Shown here piece by piece: positions 63,305 to 64,000 of a stretch of DNA of 64,000 nt. The DNA comes from an uncultured delta proteobacterium. GTDB taxonomy: Bacteria > Desulfobacterota > Binatia > UBA9968. The stretch spans positions 480,001 to 544,000 of the forward strand of contig CAVUZH010000014.1 of NCBI GenBank assembly GCA_963745835.1, written 5' to 3'. How positions within the stretch are numbered: position 1 is the stretch's first letter; the number at the start of each line of letters is the position of its first letter. Under the pieces are notes generated by a model. It searched no databases. It saw only the letters and a program-made list of their open reading frames with translations, and was not told the DNA's origin. The position numbers and the translations under genes were made by a program.

Positions 63305-63874
63305 TCAGACATTGCGGTACGGTTTTACGTATTCTTCGTAGAGGCCTTCCTTGCCTTTTTCCGCCAGATCTCGGGAGCGCTGCATCAGAGTTTCTTTGTC
63401 TTCGACAAAATCCTTCCGGCTAAGCCCCAAGTTGCCCGGATGAGTGCCCGAATCCATCCTGATCGCATCGCACGGACAAGCTTCGACACAGAAGCCGCAA
63501 TAGATGCACCTCAAGGTATCGATCTCATAGCGGATCGGAAATTTTTCCACCGACTTGTCAGGATACTCTCCTGCTTCGATGTAGATACACTCAGCAGGAC
63601 ACGCGGTGGCGCAAAGAAAACAAGCGGTGCATTGCACGGAATCGTCATCTTTCAAAGTCAACCGGTGGCGGCCGCGAAAGGTATCAGGGTAAGGCGATCG
63701 TTCTTCGGGATACTGCACAGTCACAGATGCTTGAATATTCTTTGCTAATCCGAGTGTTTGCAGGGCGTGAACGATCAAGTTACGCCAGAACCGGTAACCG
63801 GTTATTGTCAGGCCTCGAATCACCTCAGGGAAGTACAGGCGCTCCCACAGACTCATTTCTTCGATACGTTTCAT
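63305..63874 (-). CDS. nuoI: NuoI-like 2x[4Fe-4S] subunit, outside a nuo operon
   Basis: TVQYPEE, FRGRHRL, CTACFLCATACP, CIYCGFCVEACP. Confidence 0.9.
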   Translation of the reverse strand: MKRIEEMSLWERLYFPEVIRGLTITGYRFWRNLIVHALQTLGLAKNIQASVTVQYPEERSPYPDTFRGRHRLTLKDDDSVQCTACFLCATACPAECIYIEAGEYPDKSVEKFPIRYEIDTLRCIYCGFCVEACPCDAIRMDSGTHPGNLGLSRKDFVEDKETLMQRSRDLAEKGKEGLYEEYVKPYRNV

Positions 63875-63959
63875 CAGGTATTCCTAACCAGACTGCAGAC
63901 GTGCAGCATGAACCCAAAGATGCGAGAGAGCGGAAGTTAGGCTTTCGCAAGCTCGATTC

Positions 63960-63989
63960 ACTCTACCGAGGTTGACAGAGGGTTGTCAA
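63960..63989 (-). promoter_or_regulatory. Putative sigma70 promoter with a palindrome over the -35 box
   Basis: Minus strand TTGACA-18 nt-TAGAGT; TTGACA-N6-TGTCAA inverted repeat (63972-63989). Confidence 0.5.
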
Positions 63990-64000
63990 GGAACGAAAGC

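Overview
Gene-dense bacterial chromosomal segment of moderate GC. Gene content (many ABC/TTT solute-binding proteins, SDRs, LLM, two UbiD, VOC and class II aldolase paralogs) suggests a Candidatus Binatia/deltaproteobacterial metagenome assembly; this is inference and was not checked. Contents: housekeeping genes (thiI, purC, thiC, udgB, pcp, orphan nuoI), an Fe(III)-type ABC transporter fed by four tandem solute-binding paralogs, a mycobacterial Sdh1-type succinate dehydrogenase operon beside a decayed fumC, pilT-pilU-pilU, a barnase/barstar-type pair plus comEA, and an AT-rich patch of phage-like debris (about 33.9-36.4 kb). Best leads: (1) a compact VOC + heme-oxygenase-like diiron enzyme + 3-hydroxyanthranilate dioxygenase operon with no kynurenine-pathway genes in the window; (2) an ArsC/Spx-family UxxC selenoprotein with a SECIS-like hairpin whose N-terminus the ORF track truncates, located behind a UbiD with altered catalytic residues; (3) a secreted cupredoxin plus His-rich thioredoxin-like pair behind a perfect 18-bp palindrome. 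Several single-base frameshifts look like read or assembly errors. I saw no tRNA, rRNA, CRISPR array or intact transposase. All calls rest on motif recognition by eye; no database searches were run.
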